This document shows positions 22,713-31,085 of a stretch of 63,362 nt of DNA, piece after piece. The position numbers were made by a program, and so were the translations under genes. The DNA is taken from IMG/VR virus record IMGVR_UViG_3300045988_114118, one strand, 5' to 3'. The first letter of the stretch is position 1. Every line of letters begins with the position of its first letter. The DNA comes from a virus. The notes below the pieces were generated by a model. It searched no databases. It had not been told where the DNA came from and saw only the letters and a list, made by a program, of their open reading frames with translations.

Positions 22713-24647
22713 TTATAATTGTTGATTGATAGCGTCGATGCCTTGGCCGGCTATCATTTGTTGTTGCTGAGCGGCTAATTGTTCCTTCTGCGACTGGATC
22801 AATTGCAATAACTGATCGGCGAACGGGAAATTTCCCACCTCGAGCATTTGCTCGATAGATATCTGCTTGGCGTTCAGCAACTGCAATAGCAACTCGTTGG
22901 ATAACGCCCTGTATACCGGAGTGTCGTAGCTCTCTGATATGGATATGTCGAAATCCACGCCTCCCATGGTCTCCGGGTCCCATTGGACATAGCCGTTCCT
23001 TCCAACGATCCTTATTATTTTTTTATCGTCGTAGAATTGCTGGATGTTCTTGCACTTCTTGTACATGCCCGATATGATGAAGCTGGCGAACGATTCCAGC
23101 AAGTCCACGATGCTGTTGCTGGCGTTGGACGCTTGTTGCTGGTATAAGGCTCCGCTTGTCCCGCTCGTGGGCTGTTTCCCCTGCATGGCCCCTTGTACCC
23201 CGGATACGTCCTCCATCATGGACATCTGTAATTTTATCATGTCTCCCAACCCTGCCGGCACGCTCCGGTTCATCATCTGCTGGGGGACCTGTGCCCCCGA
23301 TTTGAGTTTCAGCTTGATCACGCCGTTGAACTTCGTCCACTCGTCCGCTATATCCTCTATGCTCATGTCATCGGGAACGGAGGCCTCGTCTACCACCAGC
23401 ACTCCCTTGGCGCTCGCTTTCGTCACGAAATCGTTCAGGATGATATAATGGTTGATATACCTTTGCTGGTCGATGATGTCGCTGACGAACGAGTGTATCT
23501 CCCCGTCAACGAAAGGATATGCCTTCATCGTGTAAGGGTGGCTCCCGTGGCTATAAGGGCTTTCTCCCTCGTCAAGTATATCCCCGAACGGTGAAAGATA
23601 ACGGTAGTACCAGTAGCTTTGTATCATGTACTCGTACTCTATGAGCGGGACCTCGCTCTCTGGCATGTATAGCGTGGGTTGTCCCAGCTCGTCCAGCACG
23701 TAATTCCCCAGATCGTCCTTGATCCTGTTATCCTCCAGCCGGCCCTCGTTCTCAGCGTCTATGTTCCCCTTGTTCGAGTAACTGTCCACGTAAGCGTCGC
23801 CCTTCAGCCAGTCGTGGCACCAGAACGCCTTTCTTCTCTCGAGCGTCCATAGTTCTATCACACGGCATAAGCGGGGGTCTTGCGGGGCCATAAACCCGTT
23901 AAGGTCATAGTTGTTGCCCTTGAACGTGTCGTTGAACTTGGCGATATAGTCCTTGTCACGGGCGTTCTTGTATATATCTTGCAGCCTTTCATAACCCCTG
24001 TCATCCTTGGCGAATACGCTGGCGAGTTGCCCGAAGGTCACGTCATGGATCTCTCCGATCATCTCGATGTCGGTATGTCTGGGGTCGTTCATGGGGCCAT
24101 CCACGAAGAACAGGTTCGGGTTGACGTTGTCAGTCCAGCATTCCCTTCGGTTCTCCCTTTGGGCGTAGGTCTCTTTCTGTATGGATAGGCCGCTTATGAG
24201 GAACTCCTCGAACATCCTTGCGTTCAGCTCCTTGATGTCGTTGATCTTGTTGTTGTACTCGAGCATGGTGCTCATGGTCTCTCCCAGCGTTTGCTCGTCA
24301 CGATCCCTCGCCACGCACACGGGTGTCTTATTCTGGTTCCGATAAACGCCGATGACGGTCCTTGCCAACCTTCGGATAAGGTTGTTGGTCATGGGGATAT
24401 TCCCCTGCATCCTTATATATTCCTCCTCCGGGATCATCCGGCCACAATACTCGATCAGGTCCCCCCATTGGTCGCCGTACATATATCTCTTGTTCCTGTC
24501 CCTCTCTTTCCTGAACTTGTCGAGCTTGTCCCATGCCCTAGCGCATTGGTATACCAATGGCATGTTCCGCCCGTCCGTCATGTTTCGTCTCTCGTATTTG
24601 ACGGTATCTATAGGTGATATCCTCGATTTAGGGATCAATCTAGTCAT
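22713..24647 (-). CDS. portal protein (by size and position)
   Basis: 644 aa, immediately downstream of TerL; Q-rich C-terminus. Confidence 0.6.
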   Translation of the reverse strand: MTRLIPKSRISPIDTVKYERRNMTDGRNMPLVYQCARAWDKLDKFRKERDRNKRYMYGDQWGDLIEYCGRMIPEEEYIRMQGNIPMTNNLIRRLARTVIGVYRNQNKTPVCVARDRDEQTLGETMSTMLEYNNKINDIKELNARMFEEFLISGLSIQKETYAQRENRRECWTDNVNPNLFFVDGPMNDPRHTDIEMIGEIHDVTFGQLASVFAKDDRGYERLQDIYKNARDKDYIAKFNDTFKGNNYDLNGFMAPQDPRLCRVIELWTLERRKAFWCHDWLKGDAYVDSYSNKGNIDAENEGRLEDNRIKDDLGNYVLDELGQPTLYMPESEVPLIEYEYMIQSYWYYRYLSPFGDILDEGESPYSHGSHPYTMKAYPFVDGEIHSFVSDIIDQQRYINHYIILNDFVTKASAKGVLVVDEASVPDDMSIEDIADEWTKFNGVIKLKLKSGAQVPQQMMNRSVPAGLGDMIKLQMSMMEDVSGVQGAMQGKQPTSGTSGALYQQQASNASNSIVDLLESFASFIISGMYKKCKNIQQFYDDKKIIRIVGRNGYVQWDPETMGGVDFDISISESYDTPVYRALSNELLLQLLNAKQISIEQMLEVGNFPFADQLLQLIQSQKEQLAAQQQQMIAGQGIDAINQQL

Positions 24648-24712
24648 GGATTCTTTTTTCTGACGAATATGGGGACTTGGCGTTCAATCGTAACGATAAA
24701 ACTTGTCGGTTG

Positions 24713-26788
24713 TCATATGGTAGCCTCGCTGATAGGACCATGGGGCCTTACGCCGGGGGACTTATCCTTGGGGATGGACGGCAGATCCATGTCGCAATAA
24801 CATATATAAAGTCCTATAGCCCTAGTCATGACCTTGTCGTCGTGCTTGCCTTCCACGGCCCCGAACGATCCGTTGGCTTTCTTCTCGTACGTGGACATCT
24901 CATCCAGCGTGTCTATATCCCGCTCGATATATGACTGTTCTCGGAGGCATGCCACGAGATAGGATATGATCATTGGCTTGGTGTTCCGGTTCGTGTGGAA
25001 TCCCCATTCCGTCAGTTTTCCGGCCCGTATCTTGGCCTCGCTCGCCTTACGTGCGTACAGGTTGTCGTAAGCGTCCCCGATCTGGTTGAATATCAACTCG
25101 GACTGGTCTCCGTCCGTATCGTTGTCCTTGGTCTCTATGGTATTGCTCTCTATGACTAACAGGGCGTTCCCGAAAAACTTGGCGATCTGGGCGGATTTCC
25201 ATGCTAACAGGTCATGGTCTATGTGTCCGTGCCATTCGGCCACTACCTCCGGCTTCCCGCCAAACATCATCCAATAGCGGTCTATCACCAATATGTCCGA
25301 GAAATCGGATTTCTTTCCACGGCCCCCTATATCCACGATCACGAGGTAACGATTCTTGACGTTCGCTTGATCGTCTGGCAACGACCATACCTTGAGCGAC
25401 CCGTTATGATCCTCCTTGAATGACAGCTCTGTCAAGGCGCTCTTCCCTTTAACGGACTTGCCCGATATCTCCCCGACATACTTGGGTGGCTTGCATCCAT
25501 CCTTCAGCTTGTCTATATGATATACGCTGAATACCATATTGCCGGAGTTCTTGAACGCCTCCACGTCATCGCTGGGAAACTCCGCCGCCATGTCCGCGTG
25601 CTCCATGAAATCCTTCCGCTTGACTAAATACCAGTTTATAGCCTCGAAGGAAGCCCCCAGCTCCCATAGTCTCCAATAATATTTCCCGGGGTCTAGGCAT
25701 CCATCCGGCGGATTGTCGTTCTCCTTGTTGTCTAGAAGCCATTTGGCGAATATCCTCTTGTCCTTCACGGGTAGCTCGTACCTCTCGATCTTGAACCATG
25801 GGACGAATACGAACCTCCTGTTGCTTTTGCCTTTCTTGGCCGTGACGCATGACCGGTAGAAGAAATTCCCCATACCGTTAGCGGTGGATTCTATGACCTC
25901 TACGGTAAGTGGGGCCAATAGCAAGGATGATGATATGCTCCTTATTATATCCTCAGGGGTTTTCCCGTCCGTGTCATCCCATAATCCCACCTCGGAATAA
26001 TGTACGCAGCTCATGTCACCGCCTCGTCCCGAGTTTGGGCTGTTATAGGTACCTATGGTTATGACCGTGTCCCTCGCCTTCTCCACGTTACTACCTTTCC
26101 CGTACGTTATGATACTGTCCAATTGCGATCCCTCGTAAGGCGTGAATCCCAGCGTGACGTTATCCGGTAGGTCCAACAGCCATGTGGGGTATTTCTCCAG
26201 CATCTTGCTATACATGGCCTTGATCTTCCTTGACGTGGATGCGTCTTGAGCTACGATGGTGGAGTACCACGCCTCTTTATGGCATAGTTGTATCCACGCT
26301 ATATATAGCTGTACCAACGTGGAACCTCCCCATTGCCGGGCCTTTAGCAGGATGATCCTTATGGGTAGTCCCGCCAATCTCATATTCTCCATCACGGATA
26401 GCAGCAGGCGTTGTGGATAGTTGAGCTTGAAATGGATGTTCTTGCCTCCCTCCTTGTTCTTTATCTCGCAGAAAGAGTAAGCCCAGAAAGGGAAGTCATG
26501 CTTGTTCCTTACTTTTATGAACTGTCGTACGACCTTCTCATGAAGTTCCTCGTCATACCTCTTGAAGGTGACCTTGCAAAAGGCCCTTATGGATTTATAC
26601 CTTATTATTCTTTTAACTAGCTTGTTTGATAGCATGCTGACTGGCAGGAGCATCTTGTATGGGTACATGTCGGATATCTCGACCATCTCTCTTGTCCCGG
26701 GCGAGTTCTCTCCCTTGATAGGGTCGAAATGGGCGTGCATCTCGTCGTTCCTCCTGTTATTCTCCTCTACTAACCAATCTATAGTCAT
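24713..26788 (-). CDS. terL: terminase large subunit
   Basis: LLKARQWGGSTL (Walker A-like), CVHYSEVGLW (Walker B-like), ESTANG coupling motif, C-terminal nuclease-like HDDKV. Confidence 0.85.
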   Translation of the reverse strand: MTIDWLVEENNRRNDEMHAHFDPIKGENSPGTREMVEISDMYPYKMLLPVSMLSNKLVKRIIRYKSIRAFCKVTFKRYDEELHEKVVRQFIKVRNKHDFPFWAYSFCEIKNKEGGKNIHFKLNYPQRLLLSVMENMRLAGLPIRIILLKARQWGGSTLVQLYIAWIQLCHKEAWYSTIVAQDASTSRKIKAMYSKMLEKYPTWLLDLPDNVTLGFTPYEGSQLDSIITYGKGSNVEKARDTVITIGTYNSPNSGRGGDMSCVHYSEVGLWDDTDGKTPEDIIRSISSSLLLAPLTVEVIESTANGMGNFFYRSCVTAKKGKSNRRFVFVPWFKIERYELPVKDKRIFAKWLLDNKENDNPPDGCLDPGKYYWRLWELGASFEAINWYLVKRKDFMEHADMAAEFPSDDVEAFKNSGNMVFSVYHIDKLKDGCKPPKYVGEISGKSVKGKSALTELSFKEDHNGSLKVWSLPDDQANVKNRYLVIVDIGGRGKKSDFSDILVIDRYWMMFGGKPEVVAEWHGHIDHDLLAWKSAQIAKFFGNALLVIESNTIETKDNDTDGDQSELIFNQIGDAYDNLYARKASEAKIRAGKLTEWGFHTNRNTKPMIISYLVACLREQSYIERDIDTLDEMSTYEKKANGSFGAVEGKHDDKVMTRAIGLYICYCDMDLPSIPKDKSPGVRPHGPISEATI

Positions 26789-27224
26789 GATATAAATTAT
26801 ATAGCTTTATCCAGCAAAACCCAATCAGCGATGACGCTAGATGTATCTCCCAGCTTATGCCGGGAATGACGTATGATATGACAAGACTGCTCGCCCATAT
26901 CGCCCGGTCTCTCCATTTGGCCGAGGCTAGTCGCTCGCCCCACGTGGCGAATATCATGGCGCTCGCCCCGATGACGGGGGACGTGGAGAAGAACGAGGCG
27001 AGGACGGCCATGATATAGGACCGTGCGATCTCCCTCTTGCCAATTCGCATTACCTTCAGGGCGTATGAGTTCCCGATCAGATGCCATATGTTCACGTGGA
27101 AGAACATGTATGACAGCCTCGTCCAGAAGGGGTATGACGGCCCGGAGGCGAAACCTAGTGGGTCTAGCGGTAACACGTATATCAGAAACAGTGCCGCAAT
27201 CGTCGCATGGTTTGCTCGTAACAT
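26757..27224 (-). CDS. rhomboid-family intramembrane serine protease-like protein
   Basis: FHVNIWHLIGN (H-x4-H-x3-N), GASAMIF (GxSx), EIHLASSLIG (His helix); polytopic hydrophobic, 155 aa. Confidence 0.65.
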   Translation of the reverse strand: MLRANHATIAALFLIYVLPLDPLGFASGPSYPFWTRLSYMFFHVNIWHLIGNSYALKVMRIGKREIARSYIMAVLASFFSTSPVIGASAMIFATWGERLASAKWRDRAIWASSLVISYVIPGISWEIHLASSLIGFCWIKLYNLYHDYRLVSRGE

Positions 27225-27628
27225 TCCTTTCTCATTTTAGATATGATGGCCTTGGCGCTCTCTGGCGTAAGGACGAAACATGGGGCGGGACTCTCTATGA
27301 TGATGGATACGATATGCTTTATGGGCATCTTGGGGTGATCCGATCGGTACGAGACGAATTTCTCGAATAAGGACTTGTAGAACATCTTGGCGTTGTCCTT
27401 CATACCCTTTGGCATGGCTCCCTTGTTCATCTGGTATATGACGGACGAGGCCCTTTCCACGGATACCCAGTATCTGGAGGCTTGTGACGCTACGGTCTCG
27501 GCAAGTAGGTCCATATAGACAAGGTCCTTGTCTGATCTCATGTTCCTGTTCAAGGCTTCCCTGTACGCCCTAAGGAGGTCAAGGTTTCTTTCCCGCATCA
27601 TGGAGAATACGCTTCCGTTCTTCCTCAT
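27182..27628 (-). CDS. hypothetical protein, possible small terminase (position only)
   Basis: 148 aa, first gene of the packaging operon, upstream of the rhomboid-like gene and TerL. Confidence 0.45.
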   Translation of the reverse strand: MRKNGSVFSMMRERNLDLLRAYREALNRNMRSDKDLVYMDLLAETVASQASRYWVSVERASSVIYQMNKGAMPKGMKDNAKMFYKSLFEKFVSYRSDHPKMPIKHIVSIIIESPAPCFVLTPESAKAIISKMRKECYEQTMRRLRHCF

Positions 27629-27667
27629 ATCATACCTGTTTTTACCAAAGTTACGAATTTCGGCTTT

Positions 27668-27687
27668 GTCGGGTAAGATTTATCGTT
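27668..27687 (+). promoter_or_regulatory. 20-bp motif copy 2 (gtcgggtaagatttatcgtt)
   Basis: exact repeat of 21147-21166; followed 20 nt later by cATATTTGc; sits between the divergent packaging and head operons. Confidence 0.5.
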
Positions 27688-27744
27688 ATGGAGGCTTGTA
27701 TCGTTATCATATTTGCGTATAGAATAATTTTTAAAAAGCAACGT

Positions 27745-28539
27745 ATGCCAGAGAATGATATTGACAATAAGCCCGTTACGTCTAAAAGAGATATATTTTT
27801 GGAGAGTATTAGGGGACGTTATCCAGATTTGGACGTGGAGAACGAGGATGAGTTTTATGGAAGATTGAACGACGAATTTGATAGGTTTGATAGAGGTGAT
27901 AAAGCGCAGAGGGAACTAGGGGACTTGTTGGCCTCTGACCCTAGGAGCGCCGGCTTCTTGATGGTGATGCGCAAGGGCGGTAATCCCGTGGAATATCTTA
28001 TCGAGAATTACGGGGATGATTTTAAGGCCGCCTTGGAAAGCGAGGAGGGAAAGAACAAATTCTCAGAGGCTTTTTCCAAGTATATGGAGAGGCAGACGAG
28101 AGACAAGGAACTGCAAAAGCAGGCGGAGGATAACCTGAGATTGATGATCCAAGGTCTGGAGGAAGCCCAGTCGGAAGGTAAATTCAGTGACGAGGACGCT
28201 AGGGCGGCTTATGAGTTCCTTTACGCCGATGGAGGATTGTTGGATCGGATCGTGGTGAACGGTGTCACCAAGGATGATTGGATGATGCTGATGAAAGCGG
28301 CAAACTATGACAAGTCCATGATGGATGCGGCCAAACGTGAGGAGGAGGCCCGTAATGAGGGGGAGATAGCCGGACGTAACGCCAATATAGACATAAACAA
28401 GAGAAAGAGTACCAAGGTGGATCGGTTGCCGCCCGATCTGGGTTCCAGCGGGGGGATGACATCTCCCACGAAAAAGGAGAGAAACCCGACGATTGACAGA
28501 CTAGACAAGATCACGGGACGTAAGAGTGTTTGGCAATAA
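27745..28539 (+). CDS. scaffolding protein (putative)
   Basis: acidic, helical, directly precedes the capsid gene; ATG at 27745 preferred. Confidence 0.5.
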   Translation: MPENDIDNKPVTSKRDIFLESIRGRYPDLDVENEDEFYGRLNDEFDRFDRGDKAQRELGDLLASDPRSAGFLMVMRKGGNPVEYLIENYGDDFKAALESEEGKNKFSEAFSKYMERQTRDKELQKQAEDNLRLMIQGLEEAQSEGKFSDEDARAAYEFLYADGGLLDRIVVNGVTKDDWMMLMKAANYDKSMMDAAKREEEARNEGEIAGRNANIDINKRKSTKVDRLPPDLGSSGGMTSPTKKERNPTIDRLDKITGRKSVWQ

Positions 28540-28570
28540 TCATAATTAATAACCATAAACAATTAGTAAA

Positions 28571-30007
28571 ATGAGATCAAAGAGTTTTTTTAATTATTTG
28601 GGCGGCTTGGTATTGACCGTTTTGGCCGTGATGCTAGGAGCCACTACCGGATGCGGGATGTGTATGGCCGTACCGACAACCACGGATGGAGGGGGAGAGG
28701 TGACTGATGTTAACCCGGGGATTGCGGTTACGGATGCCAATGGCGGGGCGACTGCTACGGATGGCATTCAAATCTCGAAAGAAACGGATAATCTAGAGTA
28801 TTATGCGAAGGCTATAGACAAGCGTATCACGAAAATGAGACCGATGCGTACTCCTATAGACCAGATCACGAGGAGCGCAGAGAGTATTAGCAGGGTCAAC
28901 AGCATGGTCGTGAAATATTACAGTGTATCGACAAGACCCATCAAGGATTCCGTCAAGACCAATACGACCGAGATGGCATCAGGATCATCTTATGTAACCT
29001 TGCCTGTGAATGATGCTTCTCTCTTTAGCGTGACTGATACGATCCGGGTATCTGGGATCAAGGGCTATAAAGAGGATGGATCGACTCAGGATACGGTAAA
29101 GGACTTGATGCTTTATGTCGTGGGCAAGAGCGAGAACGAGGGATATCCGCAAGTGATTGCCGTGAACGGCAAACGAAATACGACAGGAGAGAATTCTATC
29201 GTTCCAGCCCTTGAAAAGAATGACGTGCTTATTCGTATGGGCCGTGCCGCAGGGGAATTGGACGTGGAGACCGGGCAGTTCTATTCATTGCCTACGCCAC
29301 AAGAACAATTTTGCCAGAGATTCATGATGCAGGTAGAGGAGTCCACGTATAATAAGATGTGGAGTAAGGAGGTTGACTGGAACTTTGACGATATGGAGGA
29401 GGACGCTATCTATGATATGCGTTTGGGTATGGAGAACTCATTCCTGTTCGGTATCAAGGGAAAGAGTAAGGATCCCAAGAAAACGGGAATGGATGTTTAT
29501 TTCACCGGTGGTATTTGGTGGATGGCAGGTCAGGACAAGTCTTTGGGAACCGTTGATGACTCGACCAATGAGATTGTGATCAAGGACGATGAGATGGTTG
29601 ATTTCTTGAAGGAGATCTTCACGGGTAATGATGCGGGGAACAAGACGAAGATCGCTTTCTGCGGATCTGATTTCTTGGCAGCCTTGGCCAAGATGAAGAG
29701 TGAGCGTTTCAAGGTCGTTAAGGAGTTCGAGAAGTGGGGGCTTAAATTTACCTCTTTCGATAGCAATTTCGGTAAGTTGCTGGCTATGCACCATGAGTTG
29801 CTTGATATGAACATGAAATCAGACGAGGCCTTTGTTATGGACCCCGAATACCTCCGTAAAAGGACTTTCGAGATGTTTAGCAGAAAGACTTATGACATGG
29901 AGAAATTAGCGAAACGTAAGACTAGTGCCGTGGTCTTGAATGAGGCCAGTTGCTGTTATCTGGTATATCCGAACGCCCACATCCGTGTTAAGTTAGGTTC
30001 TTTATAA
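28571..30007 (+). CDS. major capsid protein (putative)
   Basis: 478 aa after the scaffold gene and followed by a hairpin; the N-terminal 30 aa are unusually hydrophobic. Confidence 0.6.
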   Translation: MRSKSFFNYLGGLVLTVLAVMLGATTGCGMCMAVPTTTDGGGEVTDVNPGIAVTDANGGATATDGIQISKETDNLEYYAKAIDKRITKMRPMRTPIDQITRSAESISRVNSMVVKYYSVSTRPIKDSVKTNTTEMASGSSYVTLPVNDASLFSVTDTIRVSGIKGYKEDGSTQDTVKDLMLYVVGKSENEGYPQVIAVNGKRNTTGENSIVPALEKNDVLIRMGRAAGELDVETGQFYSLPTPQEQFCQRFMMQVEESTYNKMWSKEVDWNFDDMEEDAIYDMRLGMENSFLFGIKGKSKDPKKTGMDVYFTGGIWWMAGQDKSLGTVDDSTNEIVIKDDEMVDFLKEIFTGNDAGNKTKIAFCGSDFLAALAKMKSERFKVVKEFEKWGLKFTSFDSNFGKLLAMHHELLDMNMKSDEAFVMDPEYLRKRTFEMFSRKTYDMEKLAKRKTSAVVLNEASCCYLVYPNAHIRVKLGSL

Positions 30008-30011
30008 AATA

Positions 30012-30040
30012 GGGGGGGGATTCGCCTCCCCGCTTTAAAT
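30012..30040 (+). terminator. G/C hairpin after the capsid gene
   Basis: gggga-ttcgcc-tcccc followed by tttaaat. Confidence 0.45.
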
Positions 30041-30049
30041 CGTTGTGTC

Positions 30050-30415
30050 ATGAAATATTTCTCAGATAGTGTTTTGTCATTTAATCTTAAGGTGCGTGAT
30101 AGATATCGAAGGATTCGTTTTATCCCTATGACAAGGAACGGGAGTTATTATATCCCTAGGGATAAGGATGAGGCCAAGGCGTTGGAGTCAATGGATTGTT
30201 ATGGGAGTCGTTTTATAAAGATAGAATCCGATCCCGCTCCAGATAAAAAGTCTAGGACAAAGGATTTGACCCCGGTCGAGGAGATAAGGTCCTTTCAAGA
30301 GGCTATTGATTATTTAGAGAAAACTTTCGGTTCGGATATAAGCGGGCTTATATCCCCGGAAAGCATTCAGGGGGAAGCCCGGAAAAACGGGGTGGTATTT
30401 CCTAATATGGGATGA
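30050..30415 (+). CDS. hypothetical head/neck protein
   Basis: track ORF of 121 aa in the structural operon. Confidence 0.6.
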   Translation: MKYFSDSVLSFNLKVRDRYRRIRFIPMTRNGSYYIPRDKDEAKALESMDCYGSRFIKIESDPAPDKKSRTKDLTPVEEIRSFQEAIDYLEKTFGSDISGLISPESIQGEARKNGVVFPNMG

Positions 30416-30416
30416 T

Positions 30417-31085
30417 ATGAGGTATAATGTCGAGGATTTGGTGACATCCGTGCGGATAACCTTGGATGAGAACAGGATTGAGCAAGAGTATATAGTCTCG
30501 GAGGATAACAATATGGAGCTTAATGAGATTATAAGGGAGAAGCTGCTTGACGCTGTACGATCAGTGGAGAGGATAGCTCCGGTACAGATGTTAGATAGCG
30601 TTCCGTTGGTAATCCCTGAGGCGGCCCAATATTGCGATACCGATGGTTCCGGATACGTGGTGCTTCCACCAGATTTCCTTAGACTGACCTTGTTTAAGAT
30701 GCGATCATGGCGTAATCCGGTATTTGACGCTATAGGGGATGATACGGAGGAGGCTAGGATGCAATATAACGTATATACCCGTGGCACGCCGATTCGTCCT
30801 GTTTGCGTGCTCTCAAGGGATTTGTCCGGTAGTAAGATCCTTCGGTATTATACCGTGGGGTTTGAGAATGACGGGAAATATAACCGTAGGGATCACCGGA
30901 TAGATAGGGCGCTTTATCTTCCCGTTCCTTCATATACGGGGGATAACAACGAAGAGCTAGAGTTCAATTCCCTCCTTCGGGAGGCCATTATAAATTATAC
31001 GGCCGGATTGGTTATGGTTTCCAGAAGGGAACCCCAAATGGCCGAGACTTTTTTTAATATTGGAAAATCATTCGTGGAGTCATGA
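30417..31085 (+). CDS. hypothetical head/neck protein
   Basis: track ORF of 222 aa, tightly packed with its neighbours. Confidence 0.6.
   Translation: MRYNVEDLVTSVRITLDENRIEQEYIVSEDNNMELNEIIREKLLDAVRSVERIAPVQMLDSVPLVIPEAAQYCDTDGSGYVVLPPDFLRLTLFKMRSWRNPVFDAIGDDTEEARMQYNVYTRGTPIRPVCVLSRDLSGSKILRYYTVGFENDGKYNRRDHRIDRALYLPVPSYTGDNNEELEFNSLLREAIINYTAGLVMVSRREPQMAETFFNIGKSFVES

Noticed and set aside
22672-24663. Multiple 68-134-aa ORFs in other frames across the portal gene
   Set aside because: They are nested within, or antisense to, the 644-aa portal ORF, with R/G/H-rich nonsense-like translations.
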